Positions 37,516 through 47,258 of a stretch of DNA of 64,000 nucleotides are shown here, piece after piece. The stretch covers positions 22,459 through 86,458 of the forward strand of contig JAJFIQ010000012.1 in NCBI GenBank assembly GCA_021774785.1, in the 5' to 3' direction. A program made the translations under genes and the position numbers. Position 1 is the stretch's first letter. Each line of letters opens with the position of its first letter. The DNA is from Emcibacter sp. (GTDB taxonomy: Bacteria > Pseudomonadota > Alphaproteobacteria > Sphingomonadales > Emcibacteraceae). The notes under the pieces were generated by a model, which saw only the letters and a list, made by a program, of their open reading frames with translations, was not told the origin of the DNA and ran no database searches.

Positions 37516-38088
37516 TTAATTTTCCATCCAGCGGATAAATTCTTCGGCTGTCTTTCGCGTTTTGGGCGGCACCTCCTTTTTGGGATAGCCCAGATAAATG
37601 AACCCGACCAGCTCTGTACCAACTTCAAATCCAAGGGCTGAAACCGTATTCTCAGAATAGGTCACGCCACCCGTGCGCCAGAAAGCATTCAGCCCCAAGG
37701 CAGACGCCGCCAACAGAATATTCTGACAGGCGGCATTGGCCGTTGCCACATCCTCCACCATCAAGGCCTGCGTCTTATCTGACTTTGCCGCACCAACCAC
37801 AATAATCACCGGTGCCCGCAGGGCCTTGTCTCTGATTTTTCCCAGAAATTTCACATTCTTCGGGCTTTCCGGGTCTTCTATATCCTGTGCCAGATGATCT
37901 GCCATGACGTCACCCAACCTCTTGCGGCCCTCGCCCCGAATGACAAGAAACCGCCACGGGTCAGTGCGGTGGTGAACCGGCGAACATACTGCCGCATCCA
38001 GTATTTGCCTGATCAAATCCGAGGCAACGTCCTCATCTGTCATAAAGGCGTTACTGGTTCTGTGTTTAATGGCTTTTATGATTGACAT
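37516..38088 (-). CDS. nitroreductase family protein
   Basis: 190 aa. AIKHRTSNAF...ILDAAVCSPVHHRTDPWRFLVI fits the nitroreductase N-terminal pattern. Confidence 0.75.
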   Translation of the reverse strand: MSIIKAIKHRTSNAFMTDEDVASDLIRQILDAAVCSPVHHRTDPWRFLVIRGEGRKRLGDVMADHLAQDIEDPESPKNVKFLGKIRDKALRAPVIIVVGAAKSDKTQALMVEDVATANAACQNILLAASALGLNAFWRTGGVTYSENTVSALGFEVGTELVGFIYLGYPKKEVPPKTRKTAEEFIRWMEN

Positions 38089-38091
38089 TTC

Positions 38092-39258
38092 TTATCCTGA
38101 AGTTTTCATGGCATGTAACAGACGGCCTAAAAATTCATCGCAAGAACTAAGTTCTGATTTTTCGATATATTCGTCCGGCTTATGGGCCTGTAGGATACTG
38201 CCCGGGCCACAGACCACCGTCGGAACCCCACCCGTGGCCTGAAATATTCCAGCCTCCGTACCGTATGACACCACGCTCACATCATTCTGGTTGGCCAGTG
38301 CTAGAACCAGCGTTTCCGCCGATGATCCTGTTTCGGGCAACAGGGTCGGCACGATGGACAACAGTTCAGTATCAACACGAGCATATTCCACAGACCGAGT
38401 CTTCATTGACGGTAGAATATTTTCCGCCACATGAGCCTTAAAACGGTCCATTACCTCTTCCTGGTCTGGCCCCGGCATGGGCCTGTAGTCCCATTCAAAT
38501 TCGCAATAAGACGGGGTGATATTGGCCGCAGTACCGCCCTTTATCCGGCCCACATGGACAGTGGTATAGGGGGGATCGAAGCCCTCAACCAAAGGTGCGC
38601 GCATCTTCATTTCTTCGGCTAGCTTATTCAAAAAACAGATCATTTCCGCCCCATACATCACCGCATTAAGACCCCTGTCGGTGCTGGAATGGGCCTCCAG
38701 GCCGTAAATGCGAGTCAATAGATGATATATACCCTTGTGGGAATTAACCACCTTCATATTGGTCGGCTCGCCAACGATGCAGGCTCTGGAGCGTATGGGC
38801 ATGGCGCGTACATATTCCACAAGGCTCATGACACCCGTGCAACCCGTCTCCTCATCATAGGAAAAAGCCAGATGCAATGGCTCCTTCAGGTCAGCCTGTG
38901 CGAAATCCGGAACTGCGGCGAGAACACAGGCGATAAAGCCTTTCATATCACAGGTACCCCGGCCATATAACCTGCCATCCTTCTCCGTCATATCAAAAGG
39001 ATCATGGGACCAGTTCTGCTCAGCCACTGGCACAACATCCGTATGGCCGGACAATATGATGCCGGGGATGTCTTGGGGGCCAATGGTCGCCAGAAGATTG
39101 GCCTTGGTCTTTTCCTCATTATAAAAGACCTGTGACGAGACATCATGGTCTTTTAGGTATTTCCTTACAAAATCAATGAGTTCAAGATTTGACTTCCAGC
39201 TGGTCGTATCAAAGGATATGAGTTTTGCCAGCATTTCAGATGATGAATATTCTTTCAT
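38092..39258 (-). CDS. argE: acetylornithine deacetylase-like M20 peptidase
   Basis: 388 aa. SGHTDVVPV, GRGTCDMKG and YDEETG are M20/ArgE metal and catalytic motifs. Confidence 0.78.
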   Translation of the reverse strand: MKEYSSSEMLAKLISFDTTSWKSNLELIDFVRKYLKDHDVSSQVFYNEEKTKANLLATIGPQDIPGIILSGHTDVVPVAEQNWSHDPFDMTEKDGRLYGRGTCDMKGFIACVLAAVPDFAQADLKEPLHLAFSYDEETGCTGVMSLVEYVRAMPIRSRACIVGEPTNMKVVNSHKGIYHLLTRIYGLEAHSSTDRGLNAVMYGAEMICFLNKLAEEMKMRAPLVEGFDPPYTTVHVGRIKGGTAANITPSYCEFEWDYRPMPGPDQEEVMDRFKAHVAENILPSMKTRSVEYARVDTELLSIVPTLLPETGSSAETLVLALANQNDVSVVSYGTEAGIFQATGGVPTVVCGPGSILQAHKPDEYIEKSELSSCDEFLGRLLHAMKTSG

Positions 39259-39315
39259 TTACGGCCCTGTGTTTTTTACGTTATAGTTTATAGCAGGAAT
39301 AATAATTAAAAGAGA

Positions 39316-39816
39316 ATGGAAAATAAAATGCCATTTAATCCCTTGAAACGCCGAAAATACGGCTCCACCAAAGCTGTTGTCAGTGAGCTGTTCAAACAGG
39401 CTGGGGGCATACCTACTGTTATGGAAATTCTGGATATTGGCCGCACCCGCGCCTATGATTTCACCGACCCCAACGGCGATGCGGAACTTTCTCTGGAACG
39501 GGTGGAAAAACTGGTGCGGGAAACGGAAGCCACCGTAATATCGGAACATTTTGCCTTTTTGGCAGGTGGCGTATTCCTGCCGATCGAGACCCTGGATGAC
39601 GATGTGGACTGGCATTCCCTTGCCTCCCGCGCCAGCCTGAAAAATGCCGCCAACATTGGTGGCATTCTGGACAGCATCAGCCTCTCCAGCACATCACCGG
39701 GATATATTGACGCCGAAGAGGCCCGCGAGCTCATAAAAAAACTGGACAAGCATTTTGCCTTGCTGGCCCATCAACGACAGTTGCTGATCGGTATTATTGA
39801 GGAAGAAATAGAATAG
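39316..39816 (+). CDS. hypothetical protein
   Basis: 166-aa acidic ORF with no motif I can assign. It has a vague resemblance to phage CII/CP76-type regulators. Alternative start at 39328. Confidence 0.5.
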   Translation: MENKMPFNPLKRRKYGSTKAVVSELFKQAGGIPTVMEILDIGRTRAYDFTDPNGDAELSLERVEKLVRETEATVISEHFAFLAGGVFLPIETLDDDVDWHSLASRASLKNAANIGGILDSISLSSTSPGYIDAEEARELIKKLDKHFALLAHQRQLLIGIIEEEIE

Positions 39817-39819
39817 CGT

Positions 39820-41268
39820 CTAGGCTTTCCAGAATTGGGGCGAGAAAAGAATAAGCACGGCGAAAAGCTCCAGACGGCCCATTAACATCCCAAGGGTTAA
39901 AAACCATTTAGCAGAATCAGGCAGGGACTGAAAGGTACCCGTAGGCCCAATGATGGGTCCAAGTGCTGGCCCCACATTGGATATGGCCGTACCGGCACCG
40001 GATATGGCCGTGATAAAATCAAGTCCCGTCAGGGAAAGCGCCAGAGCCAGAACCAAAAAGCATATCAGGAACAAAAACAGATAGCTGATCACGGAACCCA
40101 TAACATCATCCTTGATGGGCATGTTATTATAGCGCGGGATGAATATACCGCTGGGACGCAAAAGATGTTTTAAATGTGCCACGACCATAGTGACCAAAAC
40201 CTGAAGCCGAAATATTTTTATCCCGCATGATGTGGAGCCCGCACAACCGCCAATGAACATCATAAAAAAGAAAAATACCATCGCCAGCGATCCCCAAGTG
40301 GTATAATCCGTCGTGGCAAAGCCTGTACCCGTCAATATGGACACCACATTAAACGTAGTATAGCGCAGGACATCCACCAGACCCTGATCATTACCGCTCC
40401 ACCGCCACAGGCTGAGTATGGCAATCAGCACGACAAGCAAAGCCAGAAACCACTTGACCTGAGAATCCCGCCAAAGAACCAGACTATGCCCCTGCACCAT
40501 TTTCAGATACAGGATGAAGGGCATGCTGCCGATAATCATGAACAGAACAACAATATAATCTATCAAGGCACTGTTGAAATGGCCGATGGAACCATCCGAA
40601 GTTGAATATCCCCCCGTGGCAATGGTGGTGAAGGCATGGCAGGTGGCTTCAAAAACAGTCATGCCTGCCGCCCAAAGGGCCACGGCACAAATGATGGTCA
40701 ACCCAATATATAGCAATGATATGGCGATACCCAATTGCGCGGCACGTGGCAGAACTTTCTCCGCCGTGTCAAAGGCGCCGATCTTAAAGAGCTGCATACC
40801 ACCCACCCGCAGGAAGGGCAAGATAATCACGGCCATGATAATGATACCAACACCGCCAAACCATTGCAAAATTGCCCGCCAGAGTAGAATCCCCGGCGGT
40901 GCGCCGTCAAGGCCGGTAATGACCGTGGAACCCGTCGTGGACAGGCCTGACATGGCTTCAAAAAAAGCATCAGTATAGCTTAGGGCAAGATCGGAAAAAA
41001 CAAAGGGCAACGCCCCGAATATGGGGATGACCACCCATGTAGAAACGGTCAGGATAAAAGCCTGTTGAATGGAAAGTTCCTCGTCTTCGCCCCGGCTGGT
41101 CAGAAACAACATGCCGCCCACAAACATGACAAGTCCGGAACAAATGGCAAAAACCTGCCAGTCCGGATTACCCACGGCCACATCAACCAGAGCAGGAAAC
41201 AACATCCCCACCCCAAGAATGAGCAGAAATAATCCGTTAATCAGCAATATGGGTCGAAGATCAACCAA
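39820..41268 (-). CDS. trkH: TrkH family potassium uptake protein
   Basis: 482 aa, polytopic, with repeated selectivity-filter-like segments (LSTTGS, IATGGYS, LTGTGFA). Confidence 0.9.
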   Translation of the reverse strand: MVDLRPILLINGLFLLILGVGMLFPALVDVAVGNPDWQVFAICSGLVMFVGGMLFLTSRGEDEELSIQQAFILTVSTWVVIPIFGALPFVFSDLALSYTDAFFEAMSGLSTTGSTVITGLDGAPPGILLWRAILQWFGGVGIIIMAVIILPFLRVGGMQLFKIGAFDTAEKVLPRAAQLGIAISLLYIGLTIICAVALWAAGMTVFEATCHAFTTIATGGYSTSDGSIGHFNSALIDYIVVLFMIIGSMPFILYLKMVQGHSLVLWRDSQVKWFLALLVVLIAILSLWRWSGNDQGLVDVLRYTTFNVVSILTGTGFATTDYTTWGSLAMVFFFFMMFIGGCAGSTSCGIKIFRLQVLVTMVVAHLKHLLRPSGIFIPRYNNMPIKDDVMGSVISYLFLFLICFLVLALALSLTGLDFITAISGAGTAISNVGPALGPIIGPTGTFQSLPDSAKWFLTLGMLMGRLELFAVLILFSPQFWKA

Positions 41269-41290
41269 TCTTAAGTCTGCCCCTTATTTG

Positions 41291-41890
41291 TTATCCCTTA
41301 TGCGGCTCGAAAGTCCCCACAACAGACAGAAATTCACGTCGGGTTTTATCATCTTTGCGAAAGGCGCCTACCATACGGCTCGTCACCATAGAAACACCAT
41401 GGGCATGAACCCCGCGTGTGGACATACATTCGTGTGTTGCCTGTATGATTACACCAACGCCTAGTGGGTCCAAAACTTCCTGAATACAGTCTGCAATCTG
41501 GGCCGTCATTTTTTCCTGAACCTGAAGCCGCTTGGCATAGGTTTCCACTACACGGGCCAGTTTGCTGATGCCGACCACTTTTTTATTGGGCAGATAACCT
41601 ACATGGGCTCGGCCAATGATCGGTGCCATATGATGTTCACAATGGGATTCAAAGGGTATATCCCTGAGCACTATCATCTCATCATAGCCGCAAACTTCTT
41701 CAAACGTGCGGGATAATATCTGGCGCGGGTCTTCATCGTAACCCCTGAAGAATTCTCCGTAAGCCTTTACAACCCGCTTCGGCGTATCCAGAAGCCCTTC
41801 GCGTGACGGGTCATCCCCGGCCCATCGCAGAAGGGTTTTCACGGCCTCTTCTGCTTGCGCTTGTGTTGGTTTATCGGTTTTTTTTAACAA
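41291..41890 (-). CDS. folE: GTP cyclohydrolase I
   Basis: [12 protein letters not shown] and the HECM zinc site; 199 aa. Confidence 0.94.
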   Translation of the reverse strand: MLKKTDKPTQAQAEEAVKTLLRWAGDDPSREGLLDTPKRVVKAYGEFFRGYDEDPRQILSRTFEEVCGYDEMIVLRDIPFESHCEHHMAPIIGRAHVGYLPNKKVVGISKLARVVETYAKRLQVQEKMTAQIADCIQEVLDPLGVGVIIQATHECMSTRGVHAHGVSMVTSRMVGAFRKDDKTRREFLSVVGTFEPHKG

Positions 41891-41907
41891 ATTATTTTCC
41901 TGTTAGC

Positions 41908-42342
41908 TTAATTCAAGGTATGGGAATCATAGGGACTGTCCAGTGAGAAAGCCGGAATTTCCACTTCAAATGAGGTGCCGTCATTTTTATGCATACTGTA
42001 ATGCCCCCCCATAAAGCCCGATGCAGTATTAAGCGGCGCACCACTGGTATATTCAAAAACAAACCCCGGCTCTATGACCGGCTGCTCCCCGACGACACCT
42101 TCACCCTGCACCTCTTCCGTGTGTCCCAGAGAATCAGTGATCCGCCAGTAACGGCTTTTCAACTGAAGCGGCTCTGCGCTCAAATTCTCTATCTGCACCT
42201 GATAGGCCCAGAAGTAGCGACCATCTTCCGGATCTGACTCATCCTCCAGATATATGGGTTGCACGGAAACACGCACGCCCTGAGTGATTGCCTCATAAGA
42301 GTCTTCGCTAATTTTCATAAAATCAACTTTATCTTCGTTCAT
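41908..42342 (-). CDS. apaG: ApaG (DUF525) protein
   Basis: GVRVSVQPIYLEDESDPEDGRYFWAYQVQIEN is typical of ApaG. The ATG overlaps the metZ stop by 1 nt (TAATG). Confidence 0.85.
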   Translation of the reverse strand: MNEDKVDFMKISEDSYEAITQGVRVSVQPIYLEDESDPEDGRYFWAYQVQIENLSAEPLQLKSRYWRITDSLGHTEEVQGEGVVGEQPVIEPGFVFEYTSGAPLNTASGFMGGHYSMHKNDGTSFEVEIPAFSLDSPYDSHTLN

Positions 42343-43556
42343 TATATTTCCGCTATATGAGCTGCTCTTTGCAGGTCTTCAATCAAGTCATCGGGATGTT
42401 CAAGCCCAACTGACAGGCGCAGCATCCCTTCTGTAATACCAACTTCAAGTCTGGCTTCCTCGGTCACACTGGCATGTGTCGTGCTCGACGGATGGGTGAT
42501 CAGACTTTTTGCATCACCAAGGTTATTAGAAATATCAATAATTTCCAAGGCATTAAGAAATTTAAATGCGCGGTCGCGGCCACCGGGCACATGCAGGGCG
42601 ACCATGCTGCCACCCATTGTCATCTGTTTCATGGCCAGTTCATGTTGTGAAAAATCAGCCCGTCCGGGATATTTAACATAATCAAAACCGCCAATATCCG
42701 CCAATGCATCGGCCACTTTTGCCGCATTTTCACACATGCGTTCAACCCGCATATCAAGGGTTTCCAAGCCTTTCAGCAGCACCCAGGCGTTAAAGGGGCT
42801 GATATTCGGCCCCGTATGACGTATGTAGGGCAGGATACTATCCTCAAGAATTTCTTCGCTGGTCAATATGCAGCCACCCAGACAGCGGCCCTGTCCGTCA
42901 ATATGTTTGGTGGCAGAATAAACCACCACATCCGCCCCCATAGTCAAAGGCTTCTGCAATACCGGTGAGGCAAAGGCATTATCCACAACCACTGTCGCGC
43001 CATTTTCATGGGCCAGCGCGGACACAAAAGCGATATCCACCACATCCAATGTGGGATTAGCCGGCGTTTCAAGAAAAACCGCAACCGTATTGGGTCGAAA
43101 GGCTGCTTCCCATGCCTCGTGGTCTGATCCGTCAACAAGGGTGAATTCAACGCCGAATTTTGGCATCAGGGTCTCAATCACCACCCGACAGGAACCAAAA
43201 AGCGCGCGACTGGAAACCACATGATCTCCGGCCTTGACCAATGACAGCATGGTCGACGATATGGCCGCCATTCCGGTTGCCGTGGAACGGGCCGCTTCCG
43301 CCCCTTCGATCAGAGCCATTCTGTCTTCGAACATGGCGGCAGTGGGATTGCGCAGTCTGGAATAGGTGTAGCCTTCCTGTTCACCGGCAAAGCGGGCCGC
43401 CGCATCCTCTGCACAGTCATAGGCATAGCCGGAGGTTAAGAACATGGCCTCGGATGTCTCACCAATTTCACTGCGCCATGTGCCGCCCCTGACCAATTGG
43501 GTCTGAAGCCGCCATTTATCGGTTGCGTCGCGATTTTGTCCGCTATCTCTTTTCAT
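42342..43556 (-). CDS. metZ: O-succinylhomoserine sulfhydrylase
   Basis: 404 aa in the Cys/Met-metabolism PLP family, with YSATKHIDGQGR (PLP Lys). Confidence 0.85.
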   Translation of the reverse strand: MKRDSGQNRDATDKWRLQTQLVRGGTWRSEIGETSEAMFLTSGYAYDCAEDAAARFAGEQEGYTYSRLRNPTAAMFEDRMALIEGAEAARSTATGMAAISSTMLSLVKAGDHVVSSRALFGSCRVVIETLMPKFGVEFTLVDGSDHEAWEAAFRPNTVAVFLETPANPTLDVVDIAFVSALAHENGATVVVDNAFASPVLQKPLTMGADVVVYSATKHIDGQGRCLGGCILTSEEILEDSILPYIRHTGPNISPFNAWVLLKGLETLDMRVERMCENAAKVADALADIGGFDYVKYPGRADFSQHELAMKQMTMGGSMVALHVPGGRDRAFKFLNALEIIDISNNLGDAKSLITHPSSTTHASVTEEARLEVGITEGMLRLSVGLEHPDDLIEDLQRAAHIAEI

Positions 43557-43663
43557 CGTCTTATCAAGCCTTAAAAATTACTATTATTTCCTGACTAGGT
43601 AGCCAGTAATGCAACCTACGTCAAGAAAAGCTGATCTTACCATCATATTTCCCCACCTGCCCA

Positions 43664-43690
43664 TAAAAAAAGAGGCGAAAAAACGCCCCT
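43664..43690 (-). terminator. rho-independent terminator of phaZ
   Basis: Minus strand: aggggcg-tttttt-cgcctct followed by TTTTTTT. 7-bp stem including one G-U pair. Confidence 0.5.
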
Positions 43691-43718
43691 TTGATGTTTC
43701 GTTCTATTAGTGATGCGT

Positions 43719-44936
43719 TTAATTATGCGACCGGATGAATTTTTTCACCTTTGGGGCTATTTTATTACGCCATTTGCTGCCGTTGAAAATCCCGTAATGG
43801 CCAACCTGTTTCTGCTCATAGTGGGTTTTCTTGGCTTTGGGGATATTGGGGCATAAATCATGGACGGCCTTGGTTTGACCGATGCCGGATATGTCATCCA
43901 GCTCGCCTTCCACCGTCATCAGGGCCGTTTTGGTAATGGCGGCTGTATCTACCGGGCGACCATTCGATATCCACTCGCCTTTGGGCAATAGATGTTTCTG
44001 GAACACCACGTCCACGGTCTGTAGAAAATATTCCGCCGGAAGGTCCATCACCGCCAGATATTCCTCATAAAACAGGCGATGTTTATCAGCGCTTTCATCG
44101 TCCCCTTCCACCAGATGATCGAACATCTTTTTATGGGCTTCCACATGATCTTCCATATTCATATTCAGGAAAGCAGACAGTTGAAGGAATCCGGGATAAA
44201 CAACCCGCATGCATCCCTTGTTGGGCCAGGGTACATGATGGATCACATGTTGCCGGAACCAGCTCAGGCTACGCTCGGCACTGAGTTTATTGACCTCTGT
44301 CGGGCAATTCCTTGTATCAATGGGGCCACCCATCATGGTCATGGACGCAGGCACACAAGAATTATCATCTGCTGACATAATGGATACCGCCGCCAGAACC
44401 GGAACCGACGGTTGGCATACGGCCAGAACATGGGTATCGGGGCCGAGCGTCTCCAACATCTCAATCACATAATCAATATAATCATCCAGATCGAACTTGC
44501 CCTGAAACAGCGGCACGTCACGGGCATCATTCCAGTCGGTGATATAAACCTTATGGTCGGGCAGCATGGCATCTACCGTGCCGCGCAGAAGGGTGGCATA
44601 ATGGCCGGACATGGGCGCAACGATGAGAAGTTTCGGGTCATTATTTTTAATATCGCGCTGGAAATATTTCAAATTACAGAAGGGTTTTTCAAGGACATTA
44701 TGTTCCTGAATGGCAACCACATCACCATCAATAATGGTTTCATGCAGGCCGAATTTCGGCTTTCCGTATCGGCGGGTAAGCAGTTCCATCACATCACAGG
44801 CCGCAGAAACCTGTTTTGCACCCGGCATATGTGACAGCGGGTTTAACGGATCACTTAACGCCTGCTGCGTCATATCTACGGCATATCTTGCAGGTGCGAA
44901 TAAACTGTGCTGAAACTCATACATGTGATACAGCAT
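43719..44936 (-). CDS. phaZ: intracellular polyhydroxyalkanoate depolymerase
   Basis: 405 aa. MLYHMYEFQHSLFAPAR N-terminus and overall pattern match the PhaZ (TIGR01849-type) family. Confidence 0.85.
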   Translation of the reverse strand: MLYHMYEFQHSLFAPARYAVDMTQQALSDPLNPLSHMPGAKQVSAACDVMELLTRRYGKPKFGLHETIIDGDVVAIQEHNVLEKPFCNLKYFQRDIKNNDPKLLIVAPMSGHYATLLRGTVDAMLPDHKVYITDWNDARDVPLFQGKFDLDDYIDYVIEMLETLGPDTHVLAVCQPSVPVLAAVSIMSADDNSCVPASMTMMGGPIDTRNCPTEVNKLSAERSLSWFRQHVIHHVPWPNKGCMRVVYPGFLQLSAFLNMNMEDHVEAHKKMFDHLVEGDDESADKHRLFYEEYLAVMDLPAEYFLQTVDVVFQKHLLPKGEWISNGRPVDTAAITKTALMTVEGELDDISGIGQTKAVHDLCPNIPKAKKTHYEQKQVGHYGIFNGSKWRNKIAPKVKKFIRSHN

Positions 44937-45092
44937 ATTAATGGCCCTTTTAACTCGAACTTATTTATAATCCCACATTTTCATTAACATAGGGATAATT
45001 TTATTTAGAATGATACTAGACATAAGCTTAGTTGCACCGCAACATAAATTATGTAAAATAAGCATTATTTACGCATAAAATAGGGAAACGAC

Positions 45093-45887
45093 ATGGAAAA
45101 CCACTCGTTATCGGGTCGCACAGCACTTATTACGGGGTCTACCAGCGGTATTGGGCTGGGCATGGCACAGGCCTTGGCGCAAGCGGGGGCAAATATTGTC
45201 CTCAATGGGTTGGGTGATCTTCAAGAGATAAATACCCTCACCGCAGAAATGGCGGAACAATACGGCGTTGACGTTATCTATGACGGGGCCAATATGCTTG
45301 ACCCCGCTGAAATAACCAACATGGTAACGACCGCAGAGGCGAAGTTCGGCTGTGTCGATATTCTGGTTAATAATGCCGGAATACAATATGTTTCCGCCAT
45401 TGATGAATTCCCCGAAGACAAATGGCAGGCGATCATCAATATCAATCTTGTGTCCAACTTTCATACTATTAAAGCCGCCCTGCCCGCCATGAAAGCACAG
45501 AATTGGGGGCGAATCATTAATCTGGCTTCTGCCCATGGTCTGGTGGCATCCCCCTATAAAAGTGCTTATGTTGCGGCAAAACACGGGGTTGTCGGCCTGA
45601 CCAAGACGGTGGCACTGGAAATAGCCGAACAGCAGATCACCTGTAATGCCATATGCCCGGGATATGTGCGCACCCCCCTTGTGGAAGGCCAGGTCGCTGA
45701 TCAGATGAAAGCCCATAACATGTCGCGGGAACAGGTGATAAATGACATTTTTCTGGTGGCCCAGCCCAGCAAAAAATTTGTAGAGGTTGAAGAGTTGGGG
45801 CAAGTTGCTGTATTCTTATGTTCGCCGGCGGCCAAGTCCATAAATGGTATTAGCTTGCCCGTGGAAGGCGGCTGGACAGCAAAATAA
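45093..45887 (+). CDS. bdhA: 3-hydroxybutyrate dehydrogenase
   Basis: TGSTSGIGLG, YVAAKHG (YxxxK) and C-terminal VEGGWTAK. Divergent from phaZ. Confidence 0.88.
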   Translation: MENHSLSGRTALITGSTSGIGLGMAQALAQAGANIVLNGLGDLQEINTLTAEMAEQYGVDVIYDGANMLDPAEITNMVTTAEAKFGCVDILVNNAGIQYVSAIDEFPEDKWQAIININLVSNFHTIKAALPAMKAQNWGRIINLASAHGLVASPYKSAYVAAKHGVVGLTKTVALEIAEQQITCNAICPGYVRTPLVEGQVADQMKAHNMSREQVINDIFLVAQPSKKFVEVEELGQVAVFLCSPAAKSINGISLPVEGGWTAK

Positions 45888-45900
45888 GCAAGAGGATAAA

Positions 45901-46014
45901 ATGAGTAAATTTCACCGTAATAAAAAGAAAAAATCATCCGATCAGGATAATCGGGCAATTTGGTTGTTGGGATTTGCTTTTATTTTAGTGATCATCTTAT
46001 TTGCCTTTCTCTAG
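45901..46014 (+). CDS. 37-aa tail-anchored small membrane protein candidate
   Basis: ORF found by hand: MSKFHRNKKKKSSDQDNRAIWLLGFAFILVIILFAFL. The ATG is preceded by AGAGGA with a 5-nt spacer and starts 13 nt after the bdhA stop. Confidence 0.4.
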   Translation: MSKFHRNKKKKSSDQDNRAIWLLGFAFILVIILFAFL

Positions 46015-46113
46015 AAATTCCGCCTTTCAAGCAAAATCTAACGACAGCAAGAAACGGATATTTATACCCTTGAATGCCCTTTATATTTCTTTCTTTTAAT
46101 CAGGAGAGAGAAT

Positions 46114-46578
46114 ATGAGTTTCATTATTAGAGCATTAGATCACCGTCAGTTTGAACATTTATACGGTCTTTCAGAAGACGCCCTCAAAGAAAAAGGCGTG
46201 GTTACATATATCGCTGATAATACAATTTTTCCATGTCGTGTTACATTAGAAGGGGCAAAACCGGGAGAACGTGTATTTTTGTTAAATTATGTACATCTTG
46301 ACTCAGATAGTCCTTATCGTGCCTCCCATGCCATTTTTGTAAGAGAAGGGGCAAAGGAAAAACGACTGTTAGTCGATGAAATCCCTGATTATATAACACA
46401 GGCCTATATTTCAGTTCGTGCCTTTGACCAAAATGCTATGATAATAGCTTACAATCATCTTGAAGGATCGGAAGCAAAGACCTGTATAGAGGAAATGTTG
46501 GCCAACAGTAATGTGGAATATATTCATGTACATTTTGCCGGACCGGGGTGCTATTTTGCAAGAGTTGAACGGGCCTGA
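46114..46578 (+). CDS. DUF1203 domain protein
   Basis: 154 aa. FPCRVTLEGAKPGERVFLLNYVH...SPYRASHAIFVREGA is the pattern I associate with DUF1203. Confidence 0.65.
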   Translation: MSFIIRALDHRQFEHLYGLSEDALKEKGVVTYIADNTIFPCRVTLEGAKPGERVFLLNYVHLDSDSPYRASHAIFVREGAKEKRLLVDEIPDYITQAYISVRAFDQNAMIIAYNHLEGSEAKTCIEEMLANSNVEYIHVHFAGPGCYFARVERA

Positions 46579-46607
46579 ACAAAAAATGTTACAACAAGGT
46601 ATGGTTT

Positions 46608-47249
46608 TTAAGGTAATGCGCGACGAAAAGTAAGATTAATCCGGCAGTCCCGCATGATTTCCGGCCCGTCCGGCAATAGTTTTCGCACCCCGTGATAGCA
46701 CAGCCGTGACGGGCCGCCAAAGACCAAGGTATCTCCGTCATCCAGCCGAATATTCAAGGGACGGCCACCGCGTTTATTACCGTAAAGCTGAAATACAGCT
46801 GAAAGCCCAAGGGACACCGATATAATAGGCCAGTCAAAGCAATGCTCGTCTTTATCCTGATGAGGGCTTAGGCTTGCCGTAGGGATATATCGGTTAATCA
46901 GACAACTATCGGGGTGATACCCGCTAAATCCTGATTTCTCCGCAGCATTTTGCGCCAAAGCAAACAGTTCTTCCGGCATTTCTGGCCAGGGACGGTGTCT
47001 CTCTGGATCTGTAGCAGAATAACGGTAACCTTTATGGTCAGAAACCCAGCCCACAATACCACAGTTGGTGATGGCAACGGACATGCGCCGTCCGCCGGGT
47101 GTCTGCATATGGCGAAAGGGTGCCACGGCAACAATTTCCTTCACGATATTCAGAATTTCCTGCCCGTCACAGAAGCCCGGCAGCAGGGTAACACCCTCAC
47201 GGATTTCTTCCCTCTCCGGTCGTAGAGATGCAAATAAATCTGTCATCAA
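46608..47249 (-). CDS. alkB: alpha-ketoglutarate-dependent dioxygenase AlkB
   Basis: HQDKDE (HxD), a distal His and RINLTFR; 213 aa. Confidence 0.88.
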   Translation of the reverse strand: MMTDLFASLRPEREEIREGVTLLPGFCDGQEILNIVKEIVAVAPFRHMQTPGGRRMSVAITNCGIVGWVSDHKGYRYSATDPERHRPWPEMPEELFALAQNAAEKSGFSGYHPDSCLINRYIPTASLSPHQDKDEHCFDWPIISVSLGLSAVFQLYGNKRGGRPLNIRLDDGDTLVFGGPSRLCYHGVRKLLPDGPEIMRDCRINLTFRRALP

Positions 47250-47258
47250 TGTCTATTC

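Noticed and set aside
36770-39258. SDR, nitroreductase and ArgE-like trio as a possible novel cluster
   Set aside because: The genes are tightly spaced (11 and 3 nt), but all three are generic, frequently co-located housekeeping-type enzymes. Nothing in the sequence points to a specific unusual function.
39259-39615. 118-aa minus-strand ORF abutting argE
   Set aside because: It overlaps the plus-strand 166-aa ORF antisense and has odd composition. Neither ORF is strongly supported, but the plus-strand one is longer, has an acidic helical character and fits the divergent-promoter geometry.
45108-45803. 231-aa ORF antisense to bdhA
   Set aside because: It is a shadow ORF of a strongly supported SDR gene and has no motifs.
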